A stretch of DNA of 42,462 bases from Deinococcales bacterium (GTDB lineage Bacteria; Deinococcota; Deinococci; Deinococcales; JAAFIG01), in NCBI GenBank assembly GCA_043778225.1, contig JAYWGM010000014.1, positions 1-42,462 on the forward strand. Reading direction: 5' to 3'. Below, piece by piece: positions 9,225 to 17,495 of this stretch. How positions within the stretch are numbered: position 1 is the stretch's first letter; each line of letters opens with the position of its first letter. Made by a program: the position numbers and the translations under genes. The notes below the pieces were generated by a model. The model did not search any database, was not told the DNA's origin, and saw nothing but the letters and a program-made list of their open reading frames with translations.

Positions 9225-10778
9225 TTAGCGCAAGCCAGCCACTCGAGCCAAATCTATAATTGAAACACTGCCTTCTGGGTCGGTTTTGTAATCATCCGAT
9301 GGTTCGGCTTCGTTGGCAGATAATAAGTAACGTCCGTCTGGGGTGAAGGTCACCATGTCTGGTAATGCACCAACAGTTTCGGTGGAAAGAATTTTGCCTT
9401 CGGTGTCCATAAAAACAATGCTGCCGGCATTGGTTTTGACGGGGGCTTCTAGGGCAACTGCCACCAAACCATTTTGTACTGTTACACTGTTTGGAGCGCC
9501 TTTATCGGCAAAGCTAATCGAACGAATCAATTTGGGTTGGGCTGGGTTGGCAGCATCAAGAATATCTACGCTGCGGGTGCTGCCGTTGACCACAAAAACC
9601 CGCTTACTTTTGCTGTCAAAAGCTGGAATTTCGGCTGCACCTTTGTTAAAGGCAGGTTTGCCATTTTCGGTGTACACAAAGCGTCCAAGTTTACTCAGAG
9701 CGCCTTGGTCGCTGACTTGCCAAAAGGCGGTTGAACCACTGACTTCGTTGCCGACTATCAGCATCGGTTGACCGTTGGGGCTGTCTTTGGCGGCAACAAA
9801 GACCAAACCCTCTGGTCCAAGGTCGCCGTTGTCTTGGTAATTATTGGCATCGATGGCTTTGCTAAAATCGCGGTTGCTTTGGTAATCCCTAAAGACTGGT
9901 GATTTTGGAATCGTGATGTCAAAACTCAGAATCGCACTCTGGCGTTCTAAACCCACAAAAGCGTATGTCCGTAAACCAATTTTACCAATCACCACGCCTT
10001 CTGGCTCGGGTCCTTTGGCAGCGCTGCGCCCATCCAAGGCATTGGCGGTGTGGTTGCTGTTAAAAAACTGTGGATTGCGGGCTAAAACGGTCTGCTCGAG
10101 GAAATCGCCCGAATCCCAGACCAGTTTAATGTCGGTATTCCAAACGCTAATCGAACGCGCCCCATACGAATAAAGCTGCTTGTAGCTTGTGCCAGACTGT
10201 CCCAATGCGCGGGTGACTTGTAAACGCGCCAGTGCGGTGCGGTCTTCGGGTGTGTAGGCGCTGGTGTCAAGGGTCAGGTCAGAGACTCGAGCTTCTTCGT
10301 TAAACCCAGTGTAAGCCCGAGCATCGCCTTCGTTAGCCGTGATTAAATAGCCTTGATTGCCAAGTTGAGTATAGGCAATCGCATCTGGCTGATACATTCC
10401 GCACACTTTGGCTGGGCTGATGTTGGCTTTGGCATCTCGGTCATTAAAGTCTATGCCGTTTCCAACCCGACTGTGGTCTTTATAGCCAAGTGGTAAAATA
10501 CTTTTAACTCGAGCCGTCGTAATGTCCACCACTGCAATCGCATTATTTTCTTGCAGCGTCACATAAGCGGTTTTTGAATCGTTAGAAACCGCAATGTATT
10601 CTGGCTCGAGGTCTTGGGCTACGGTGGCATTAGGACCATAAATCCGCACGCCAGACTCGAGCAATTGTTCGCGCTGCGAATTATAGGACTTGAAGTCGGC
10701 TGTAACCACAGAGGCTTGTTGCGCTTGGGCGATCACCAAGGCGCTACCAAATAGAATCAATAAGAGTCGTTTTTTCAT
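9225..10778 (-). CDS. Secreted choice-of-anchor I / alkaline-phosphatase-associated beta-propeller, circularly permuted
   Basis: Signal peptide; DLEPEYIAV, TLQENNAIA, ANEGDAR, KGPEPEG, DLGPEG, GNEVSG, then AAEIPAFD, GALPDMVTF, DPEGSVSII. Confidence 0.85.
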   Translation of the reverse strand: MKKRLLLILFGSALVIAQAQQASVVTADFKSYNSQREQLLESGVRIYGPNATVAQDLEPEYIAVSNDSKTAYVTLQENNAIAVVDITTARVKSILPLGYKDHSRVGNGIDFNDRDAKANISPAKVCGMYQPDAIAYTQLGNQGYLITANEGDARAYTGFNEEARVSDLTLDTSAYTPEDRTALARLQVTRALGQSGTSYKQLYSYGARSISVWNTDIKLVWDSGDFLEQTVLARNPQFFNSNHTANALDGRSAAKGPEPEGVVIGKIGLRTYAFVGLERQSAILSFDITIPKSPVFRDYQSNRDFSKAIDANNYQDNGDLGPEGLVFVAAKDSPNGQPMLIVGNEVSGSTAFWQVSDQGALSKLGRFVYTENGKPAFNKGAAEIPAFDSKSKRVFVVNGSTRSVDILDAANPAQPKLIRSISFADKGAPNSVTVQNGLVAVALEAPVKTNAGSIVFMDTEGKILSTETVGALPDMVTFTPDGRYLLSANEAEPSDDYKTDPEGSVSIIDLARVAGLR

Positions 10779-10922
10779 AGTTATCTCGAGCTAGACGCTA
10801 AGAGCCGATTGTCATGGGATTGTCAGTGAATCGGTTACACTCGAGCCAAGTTGTCAAGCTGTGAGTCTCTTTTTTAGGTAGAATCCTTTTCTTGTGTTCT
10901 CCTTTTCTTTCTCGAGGTACTT

Positions 10923-12350
10923 ATGATAAAAACCCGAATTGCTCCAAGTCCAACTGGCGACCCGCACGTTGGCACGATTTATCAAGCGCTGTTTAATCGT
11001 GTTTTTGCCCATCAGAATGGTGGAAAGTTTATTCTGCGAATCGAAGACACCGACCGTACCCGTTTTAACCCAGAATCCCAAGCGCGGCTGCTCGAGATGC
11101 TCGATTGGGTGGGGCTGCCCGCCGATGAATCGCCAACTGTGGGTGGTCCGGCTGGCAGCTATATTCAAACCGAGCGGGTTGCAAATCACCAAAAATATGC
11201 AGCCCAGATGCTCGAGCATGGCACAGCTTACCGTGCCTTTGATACCAGTGCTGAACTCGAGGAGCGCCGTAAAATTGCTGAGGCGCACAAAGCCAGTTAC
11301 CGTGGTTATGACCGTCGTGACCGTGATTTAACTGCCTCTGAAGCCAAAGCTCGAGCCGAGGCTGGCGAACCATTTGTAATTCGGATTAAAGCGCCGCTCG
11401 AGGGCGAAGTCATTGTCCAAGACCGTCTGCGCGGGGCAGTAACTTTTAAGGCTGCTGAACTGGACGATAAAGTGCTATTAAAAGCCGATGGAATGCCCAC
11501 GTATCACCTCGCTGCCATGTCCGATGATCATGATATGGGCGTGACCCACGTGATTCGCGCCGAGGAATGGCTGACCAGTTCACCAATTCATAAGCTGATT
11601 ATCCAAGCCATGGGCTGGAACGAACCAGAATGGATTCACACGCCGCTCCTGCGAAATCCAGACAAATCAAAATTGTCTAAGCGCAAATCGAACACCAGTG
11701 TCGAAAGTTATAAAGAAATGGGCATCACCCCAGAAGCCTTGGTCAATTACCTTGGGATGATGGCGTTCAGTATGCCCGACGGACGCGAATTGTTTAATTT
11801 CACCGATTTACTCGAGCATTTTACTTGGGAGCGTGTTTCGTTGGGTGGACCCGTTTTTGATATTGCCAAATTAACATGGTTAAACGGGCGCTATATCCGC
11901 GAAATTTTAAGTCTCGAGGAGGTCGTGTCTCGAGCCAAGCCGTATTTACTCAAAGCCGGTTATGACTTGTCAGACACGGCGAAACTCGAGAAAGTGATTC
12001 ATGCCTTGCGTCCGCGATTTGATTTGTTCTCGGATGTCGCTGGCAAAGCCGCTTATTTTTACAACGACATTGTTCTTGAGGAAAAAGCCCAAGCCAAACT
12101 TGGAGAGGGGAGAGGTCACTTGGCTGCGCTTGTGCCTTTGCTCGAGAATGCAGCATGGATTTGGGAAGTCCTCGAGCCAACGATTAAGGGTTACGCCGAA
12201 AATTCTGGCGCAAAACTTGGCGCGGTGATGCAACCGATTCGGGCTGCTTTAACTGGTAAACTCGAGAGTCCAGGTATGGGCGAACTGCTCGAGGCACTGG
12301 GTAAAGATTTATCGCTTCAACGGCTTAGAAGCGCCATAGGAGACTTATGA
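10923..12350 (+). CDS. gltX: Glutamate--tRNA ligase
   Basis: TRIAPSPTGDPHVG, LRIEDTD, THVIRAEEW, KLSKR. Confidence 0.97.
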   Translation: MIKTRIAPSPTGDPHVGTIYQALFNRVFAHQNGGKFILRIEDTDRTRFNPESQARLLEMLDWVGLPADESPTVGGPAGSYIQTERVANHQKYAAQMLEHGTAYRAFDTSAELEERRKIAEAHKASYRGYDRRDRDLTASEAKARAEAGEPFVIRIKAPLEGEVIVQDRLRGAVTFKAAELDDKVLLKADGMPTYHLAAMSDDHDMGVTHVIRAEEWLTSSPIHKLIIQAMGWNEPEWIHTPLLRNPDKSKLSKRKSNTSVESYKEMGITPEALVNYLGMMAFSMPDGRELFNFTDLLEHFTWERVSLGGPVFDIAKLTWLNGRYIREILSLEEVVSRAKPYLLKAGYDLSDTAKLEKVIHALRPRFDLFSDVAGKAAYFYNDIVLEEKAQAKLGEGRGHLAALVPLLENAAWIWEVLEPTIKGYAENSGAKLGAVMQPIRAALTGKLESPGMGELLEALGKDLSLQRLRSAIGDL

Positions 12351-12760
12351 TTACTGACCTTGCACACACGGCTTTTCGGGTTCATGACTTGGCAGCTTCG
12401 CTCGAGTTTTATGCCAAACTTGGTATTCACGAAGCCTTTCGCCTTAACCACACCGACGGCTCGTTGATGTTGGTCTACTTGCACGTTGGCGGCGATAGGT
12501 TTATCGAACTATTTCCGGGTGGTGACGCGCCAAAAGCACTGACCGATAGTTTTATGCACTTGTGTTTGGCATCAAACAGCATCCGCGAGGATGTCGAAAA
12601 ACTTCGCACCCAAGGTGTTGTTATTACCTCGGAAGTCAGTCTAGGGCTTGACAAAAATTTACAAGCATGGCTTGCCGACCCAGATGGCAACCCGATTGAA
12701 TTGATGCAGCTTTCGGAAGATTCACCGCAACGAGCAGTGACTCGAGCCGCCCAGAAATAA
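12347..12760 (+). CDS. VOC/glyoxalase family protein
   Basis: HTAFRVHDL, IELF, HLCL, DPDGNPIEL. Confidence 0.9.
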   Translation: MITDLAHTAFRVHDLAASLEFYAKLGIHEAFRLNHTDGSLMLVYLHVGGDRFIELFPGGDAPKALTDSFMHLCLASNSIREDVEKLRTQGVVITSEVSLGLDKNLQAWLADPDGNPIELMQLSEDSPQRAVTRAAQK

Positions 12761-12801
12761 GAGGGTTACTCTGAAAATGGCATCTCGAGTCTGGCTTTGG
12801 T

Positions 12802-14148
12802 TTACATCCTCGAGATGCGTTCAAAAAATTCTAAAGCAAAGTCAAAGCCTTTTTCAAAGTGCGCTTTGACAATGTTTTCGTTGGGCGCATGAATAAAGCT
12901 CTTATGGTTAGAAATGCCAGCACAGACCACAGGCAGACCAATGTATTCAATAAATGGGTGCATCGGTCCGCTGCCACCAGCGCTGGGGTGTACAACTGGC
13001 TCAGTTCCGTAAACATCTCGAGCCGTTGCAATTGCAACCTGCATAAATGGGTGATTGAGGTCGCTGCGGGCTGCATTTTGTGAAGTCTCGAGTTCAACCA
13101 CTTCAATATCTGGCAAACCAATTTTAATCAAATGCGCTCTGACCAACTCGAGGATTTTGGCTGGCTGTTGGTCTGGCACAAGTCGAAAGTCGAGTTTCAC
13201 AAAACCTTCTTTGGGCAAGACAGTTTTACTGCCAGCGTCGCCGTAGCCACCATGGAAACCGTTGATGTTCAGGGCTGGCTCGAGACAGAGGCGTTCAAAA
13301 AAGCGTGCGCCACTGGCGTTTTCAAAGAAACTTTGTATCCCGTAGGCTTTGGCTAAAGCTGCCGATTCATCGGGGATACTGGCAACCGCAAGCAGGTCGG
13401 CAGCCGATGGAGCGCGAACCGAATCGTAAAATCCTTCGATTAAAATTTTGCCGTTGCCATCGCGCATACTCGAGACGGCGGTGGCGAGTTTCCAGAGCGG
13501 ATTGTCCACGACTGCACCATAACTCGAGTGCAAATCTGAATCGGCAACTTTGGCACGCAGTTCTAAACAAATAATGCCTTTTAAGCCACCAACCAGCACT
13601 GGTTTTCCCGATGGGTCAACGCTGCCAAACTCCCACCAGCAACCATCGGCTTGGAGTTGGCTGGCATGGTCTTTGACAAAGGCTTCTAAACTCGGGCTAC
13701 CAATTTCTTCTTCGCCCTCGAGCAACCATTTGATTTTGAGTGGCAGCACCCCATTGTGTTTGGCTTTCAAGGCGCGAAGGGCAGCCAGACGTACAATAAA
13801 CTCGCCTTTGTCATCCGAAACGCCTCTGGCATGAAGCCGTACAATGCCGTCGGCATCGGTGCGCTCGGTGACGGTAAATGGCTCGGATTCCCATAAATCT
13901 ATCGGGCTTTCGGGTTGGACATCGTAATGGTTATAAATCAAAAGCGTCCGTTCGCCAGTTCCGACTTCGGCTACCAAAATCGGTGCAACTTTTCCAGCAT
14001 AGCGCTTGACTATAAAACCTTCGCGCTCGAGTAGGTGGCTTACAAAATCTGCACCTTCCTCGAGATTGCGCCCTTGAGCGCTGACGGTTTCTATGGCAAC
14101 AAGGGCGGTCAGGTCTGCGTAGGCTTGTGTTATAAAGGAATTGTTCAT
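12802..14148 (-). CDS. M20/M25/M40 family metallopeptidase
   Basis: YNHYDVQP, RGVSDDKG, EGEEEIGS, DLHS, IHAPNE. Confidence 0.93.
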   Translation of the reverse strand: MNNSFITQAYADLTALVAIETVSAQGRNLEEGADFVSHLLEREGFIVKRYAGKVAPILVAEVGTGERTLLIYNHYDVQPESPIDLWESEPFTVTERTDADGIVRLHARGVSDDKGEFIVRLAALRALKAKHNGVLPLKIKWLLEGEEEIGSPSLEAFVKDHASQLQADGCWWEFGSVDPSGKPVLVGGLKGIICLELRAKVADSDLHSSYGAVVDNPLWKLATAVSSMRDGNGKILIEGFYDSVRAPSAADLLAVASIPDESAALAKAYGIQSFFENASGARFFERLCLEPALNINGFHGGYGDAGSKTVLPKEGFVKLDFRLVPDQQPAKILELVRAHLIKIGLPDIEVVELETSQNAARSDLNHPFMQVAIATARDVYGTEPVVHPSAGGSGPMHPFIEYIGLPVVCAGISNHKSFIHAPNENIVKAHFEKGFDFALEFFERISRM

Positions 14149-14263
14149 GGTCTCGAGTCTACCGCACTTATTGTCCGACTCGAGAGGCTACAAAGCTATT
14201 TTGACCAAGTGTGAATGCGCGGTGTCTTGCAAAGTCTGGCTCGAGAACTTAGTATTCTAAGAT

Positions 14264-14731
14264 ATGAGTCTCGAGATTGGTCAGCCCGCCCCAGAATTTA
14301 GCGGCACAGACGACACCGGAAAAGTCATTTCACGAAGTAGTTTGTTGGGGCGTTGGGTGGTGCTTTATTTTTACCCTAAGGACAATACCCCGGGTTGCAG
14401 CATCGAAGCCAATAAGTTCGAGCAGATTTTGCCCGAGCTAAACGCGCTTGGCGCAGAAGTGATTGGGGTTTCTACCGACTCTGGTACTTCCCACGCCAAA
14501 TTTCGAGAAAAATGTGGTTTGAGTTTTCCTTTGTTAGCCGATACCGACAAATCGATTGGTAAGGCATACGGCGTGCTTGGCGGTTTAATGGGCATGATTG
14601 GGATTGCGGCTCGTGAAACTTTTTTAATCGACCCCCAAGGCAATTTGGCACAACACTGGAAAATGGTCAATCCAATGACCCATGCTTTGGAAGTCAAACA
14701 AGCACTCGAGAAATTGATTGAAAAAAATTAA
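14264..14731 (+). CDS. bcp: Peroxiredoxin (Bcp/PrxQ)
   Basis: VLYFYPKDNTPGCSIEA, IGVSTD, FPLLAD. Confidence 0.92.
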   Translation: MSLEIGQPAPEFSGTDDTGKVISRSSLLGRWVVLYFYPKDNTPGCSIEANKFEQILPELNALGAEVIGVSTDSGTSHAKFREKCGLSFPLLADTDKSIGKAYGVLGGLMGMIGIAARETFLIDPQGNLAQHWKMVNPMTHALEVKQALEKLIEKN

Positions 14732-14742
14732 AATAGGCAGAC

Positions 14743-14770
14743 TTGACATTTGAAATCTAGTTGGTATACT
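14743..14770 (+). promoter_or_regulatory. Near-consensus sigma70 promoter of the ncRNA
   Basis: TTGACA (14743-14748), 16-bp spacer, extended TGn-TATACT (14765-14770); no downstream ORF on the + strand. Confidence 0.85.
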
Positions 14771-14775
14771 TTCTA

Positions 14776-14900
14776 CCAGGATGCGGCAGACGCGTAGTCA
14801 TACGCGACATCCCGTTACCCGAAAGGGTCGAGGCTGGTCCGGTAAAGACGATCTGAATACCAAGGTAGCCCTTGGCGAAGCCCCTCAAGGGGGCTTTGTT
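14776..14900 (+). ncRNA. sroH: SroH-like structured small RNA (~120 nt)
   Basis: Own promoter and terminator. Stems GGATG/CATCC, CGCGTA/TACGCG, ACCC-GAAA-GGGT and CCAAGG/CCTTGG. Blocks CCAGGATG.GCAGA, ACATCCCG, GGTC.AGGC, GTCCGGTAA, TCTGAATACCA and TGGCGAA match E. coli SroH as I recall it. Convergent on a yjaZ homologue, as in E. coli. Confidence 0.8.
14878..14900 (+). terminator. Intrinsic terminator of the SroH-like RNA
   Basis: AAGCCCCT-CAA-GGGGGCTT followed by TGTTATTT. Confidence 0.8.
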
Positions 14901-14903
14901 ATT

Positions 14904-15428
14904 TCATGGGTTTGATTTCAATGGCTTACCAAGCAGGGCATTTTTGGCAATTACAAAAAATCCCCTTGGTTTGGTTTTTTCCAAAGATGAAACTCTGTGG
15001 GCAGTTTCGATATGAAGACGCAATTTCTTTTCTTCTCGATAAGCCTTAAAGACGATTTTATAATAAATTTTTCGACCTGATTCATCAAAAATATGTATAA
15101 GTGCCGATTTTTCATAGCCAGCATCAAATGTGTGGCAATTGGGTAAATTATTAATAATTTCAGGCAATTTTGTCGAGTCGTGATAACGCTCAAAATGAAA
15201 TGGTCGCTTATCTCTTGGGGCGCTATACATCAGTTCTTGCCTTTCTAGAAGCGTTAAATCGTCACTATCTTTGGCAAAACAATGAAAACTGTATGTAACA
15301 AAAAACGTGTATGTTTTTCCGTTTTTTGGATCTGTGAATGATAATTTTTTAGCATTGAGGTGCGATAAATCATAATTTCTTCCTCTATAGGAAAAATCGT
15401 GCCATTTTTCAGTTTCGTTGTAGTGCAT
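14904..15428 (-). CDS. yjaZ: YjaZ/HtrC-family protein (function unknown)
   Basis: EKW..F, DLSHL, F.VTYS.HCF.KD, LMY.AP...RPF..ERY, AGY, F.A.RE.KKLRLH..TA and FF.IA.N.L align with E. coli YjaZ as recalled. AT-rich, no CTCGAG. Confidence 0.85.
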   Translation of the reverse strand: MHYNETEKWHDFSYRGRNYDLSHLNAKKLSFTDPKNGKTYTFFVTYSFHCFAKDSDDLTLLERQELMYSAPRDKRPFHFERYHDSTKLPEIINNLPNCHTFDAGYEKSALIHIFDESGRKIYYKIVFKAYREEKKLRLHIETAHRVSSLEKTKPRGFFVIAKNALLGKPLKSNP

Positions 15429-15485
15429 CTATTTTGATTGTATCAATCTTTATCTATAAGAAGCCTCGTTTTACCTTGGTATCCA

Positions 15486-15519
15486 ATAAAAGGAGGACGA
15501 GCGCCTTGGTCTCGTCCTC
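15486..15519 (-). terminator. ddrO terminator
   Basis: GAGGACGAG (15493-15501)/CTCGTCCTC (15511-15519) stem followed by CTTTTATT on the - strand. Confidence 0.7.
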
Positions 15520-15534
15520 GCACTCGTCCTTAAT

Positions 15535-15924
15535 TTACTCGAGGATGCGTTTTAAGTTGCGGTAAATGTCGTACCAGTCTTCTTTGGTTTGTGGACGTTT
15601 GCCACGCAGTTCGATACGGGCAAGGCTCGAGACCCAATCTGGGGTAATTTGACCGCCCAAAACAGGGTCAGCCACCAATTCGGCAAGTCCTTTTGGCAAG
15701 GCTTGGGTGCTGATTTCGCCGTAAAATTCAACTGGGCTTAACAGGTCATGAACCGTGATGTCGTAAGAGGCAGCCAAGGTTTGCAACGTCTCGAGGCTTG
15801 GGTTGGTGCGTCCGCGTTCCAAGTCCGAAAGATATGGGATGCTGATACCAGCAATTTCGCTGACATCTTTGAGGCGTTGACCGCGTTCAGAGCGGAGTTC
15901 GCGCAGGCGTTCGTGGAGTTTCAT
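15535..15924 (-). CDS. ddrO: XRE-family radiation/desiccation response repressor DdrO
   Basis: 129 aa, [15 protein letters not shown]...[17 protein letters not shown]...RIELRGKRP (IrrE/PprI cleavage site EL|RG); GGAGG RBS. Confidence 0.96.
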   Translation of the reverse strand: MKLHERLRELRSERGQRLKDVSEIAGISIPYLSDLERGRTNPSLETLQTLAASYDITVHDLLSPVEFYGEISTQALPKGLAELVADPVLGGQITPDWVSSLARIELRGKRPQTKEDWYDIYRNLKRILE

Positions 15925-16038
15925 GGGTGTTCCTCCTGTTCTCGAGAGGTGAAGGGTTTGCTCGGGCAGGAGCTTAGAGCGCACCATCTCGAGTTTCGTC
16001 GTCCTTGTAAATTCGTGACGACAATTCTGCTTGTGACG

Positions 16039-16074
16039 AGGTTAGCACAAAGTTTGGTTTCGGTCAAGACGTAA
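16039..16074 (-). promoter_or_regulatory. ddrO promoter with an RDRM operator over the -35
   Basis: On the - strand, TTGACC-17-TAACCT; 17-bp TTACGTCTTGACCGAAA (16074-16058) fits the RDRM pseudo-palindrome. Confidence 0.75.
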
Positions 16075-16087
16075 TATAGGTGTGGAC

Positions 16088-16121
16088 TTGCTGGATTTTA
16101 CAAATTATGCTATACTCGTAA
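16088..16121 (+). promoter_or_regulatory. Divergent promoter with an RDRM operator over the -10
   Basis: TTGCTG-17-TATACT with TGn extension; TTATGCTATACTCGTAA (16105-16121) fits the RDRM consensus. Confidence 0.82.
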
Positions 16122-16147
16122 TTATAAAGACTGTTACGGAGGCTATC

Positions 16148-16513
16148 ATGCGAATACTCGAGACCATAGCAAGAAGTTTAAGAACCCAAGCCATTCACCC
16201 GACCACGGTATACAACGCCTTAGTAGACCTCGAAAACAACGCTGGAATTGGCGCATTATCCGACCTCGAGTATCGCCTTGCTCGTTTGGTTCGTGCCATG
16301 AAAGACCGCAATGACCACTCGACAGGTGTTGCTTTTGCTTGGCTTTGCAGCACCCGCGCCTACCTCGAGCAGCACGGACAAGCCATCCCCTTGCAAGACA
16401 TCAAACCTTTGTTTGCGCCAAAGTCAATCAGCCTACACGAAAAAGTCCTCAGCCTGATTCAAACCAAAATCACTTCGCCAGTCTATTCTATCGCTCGTCA
16501 TCAAGGAGTCTGA
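16148..16513 (+). CDS. Small Deinococcota-type DNA-damage-response protein (possibly DdrR-like)
   Basis: GGAGG RBS; LETIA.S....IHPTTV.N.L...EN...AWL.STRAYL resembles a small Deinococcus family as recalled; directly behind an RDRM. Confidence 0.65.
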   Translation: MRILETIARSLRTQAIHPTTVYNALVDLENNAGIGALSDLEYRLARLVRAMKDRNDHSTGVAFAWLCSTRAYLEQHGQAIPLQDIKPLFAPKSISLHEKVLSLIQTKITSPVYSIARHQGV

Positions 16514-16515
16514 CC

Positions 16516-17433
16516 ATGCCCGACCAAACTTGCGCTCATCTCAGCCCAATCGGTAATTGGTGCCGCTTAAAAAATAATTTTAAGTGTCCAGCCCAAGCTG
16601 GACGTGTCGGTTGCCCATTTCCAAAAATCCCAAGCCTCAATGACCGCGCCGAAGACCGCCGCGAACGGATTGCCAAAGCAGCCTCGCTCGAGACCATCGA
16701 AGTCAGTGCGCCAGTGCTGCAACCAACTGTACTCGAGACTGCCCGAATCCAGCATTTAGAACACGAAATGTTTGAGCGTAAAAATGCCTTTGAACAACTC
16801 ACTGCACTTTTCCCGCCAAGTGCCATCGAATGGCGACTCGAGAGCCGTTCCCGCGACCAACGCCGTGCTTTGGTGCGCCCTGTCTTGAGTGCCAAAACAG
16901 TTTCTGAGCGTCTTGATGCCGTGGTCAGCACCGCCGGCTGGAGTGACCTCTATACTGCCCTACCGGGTTCGCGGGTGGCTTGTCGGCTGACTGTGCTGGG
17001 TGTCACCAAAGAAGCCATCAGCGCTGCCCTTGAGCCAGAACTCGCCTATGCTGATGCCTTGGTGCGGGCGGCGGCAAAATTTGGTCTGGGGCGTGCCCTA
17101 GAGCGGATTGTTGGCACTTGGGTAGACTGGGACGACAATCGCAGCCAGCCGCTCGAGCCACCCGTGTTGCCAGATTGGGCAGTGGCTATTCCAGCCCCAG
17201 CGATGGTGCAAATCGTACCGAGCCAACAAGTTGCCGAAACTCGCACAAACGAAAAACTGATTACCGATTTAATCAGGGCGGTGCGCGAATTGCCGGGTGG
17301 CGAAATCGAATTGCGCCGTCTGATGCGTCGCCGAAACCGTTGGCACGCCAGTACCGACACCGATAAACGGGCGCTTTATGGCGAATTGCGTAAAGCCTAC
17401 CGTCAACTCTCGAGCGGCAGTGTGGCAGCTTAG
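16516..17433 (+). CDS. Rad52/Rad22-family (DdrA-like) protein with a Cys-rich N-terminal extension
   Basis: AAGGAG RBS; LTALFPPSAIEWR, ERLDAV, CRLTVLGVTKE, DALVRAAAKFGLGR, WVDWDD, LPDWA. Confidence 0.85.
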   Translation: MPDQTCAHLSPIGNWCRLKNNFKCPAQAGRVGCPFPKIPSLNDRAEDRRERIAKAASLETIEVSAPVLQPTVLETARIQHLEHEMFERKNAFEQLTALFPPSAIEWRLESRSRDQRRALVRPVLSAKTVSERLDAVVSTAGWSDLYTALPGSRVACRLTVLGVTKEAISAALEPELAYADALVRAAAKFGLGRALERIVGTWVDWDDNRSQPLEPPVLPDWAVAIPAPAMVQIVPSQQVAETRTNEKLITDLIRAVRELPGGEIELRRLMRRRNRWHASTDTDKRALYGELRKAYRQLSSGSVAA

Positions 17434-17495
17434 GGTATGCCAAACCTCAACCTTAGGGCGTGCCAAACCGCAACCCCTAGGGCGTGCCAAACCTC
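17431..17495. repeat. Three tandem 23-24-bp units duplicating the lepB 3' end
   Basis: TAGGGYRTGCCAAACC at 17431, 17454 and 17478. Confidence 0.88.

Noticed and set aside
14853..14881. Hammerhead-like CTGAATA-stem-CGAAG in the ncRNA
   Set aside because: The core deviates from CUGANGA...GAAA (G8 missing, GAAG), and I found no convincing stems I/III with an NUH site.
14776..14900. Classical ToxI-type tandem repeat array, tRNA or riboswitch
   Set aside because: Single non-repeated unit, no cloverleaf or T-loop, and no co-oriented downstream gene to regulate.
16025..16041. Third RDRM (TTCTGCTTGTGACGAGG)
   Set aside because: The right half-site departs from consensus; not supportable without a matrix scan.
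17431..17495. Mini CRISPR array
   Set aside because: Linkers are only 7-8 bp and similar to each other; no cas genes in the window.
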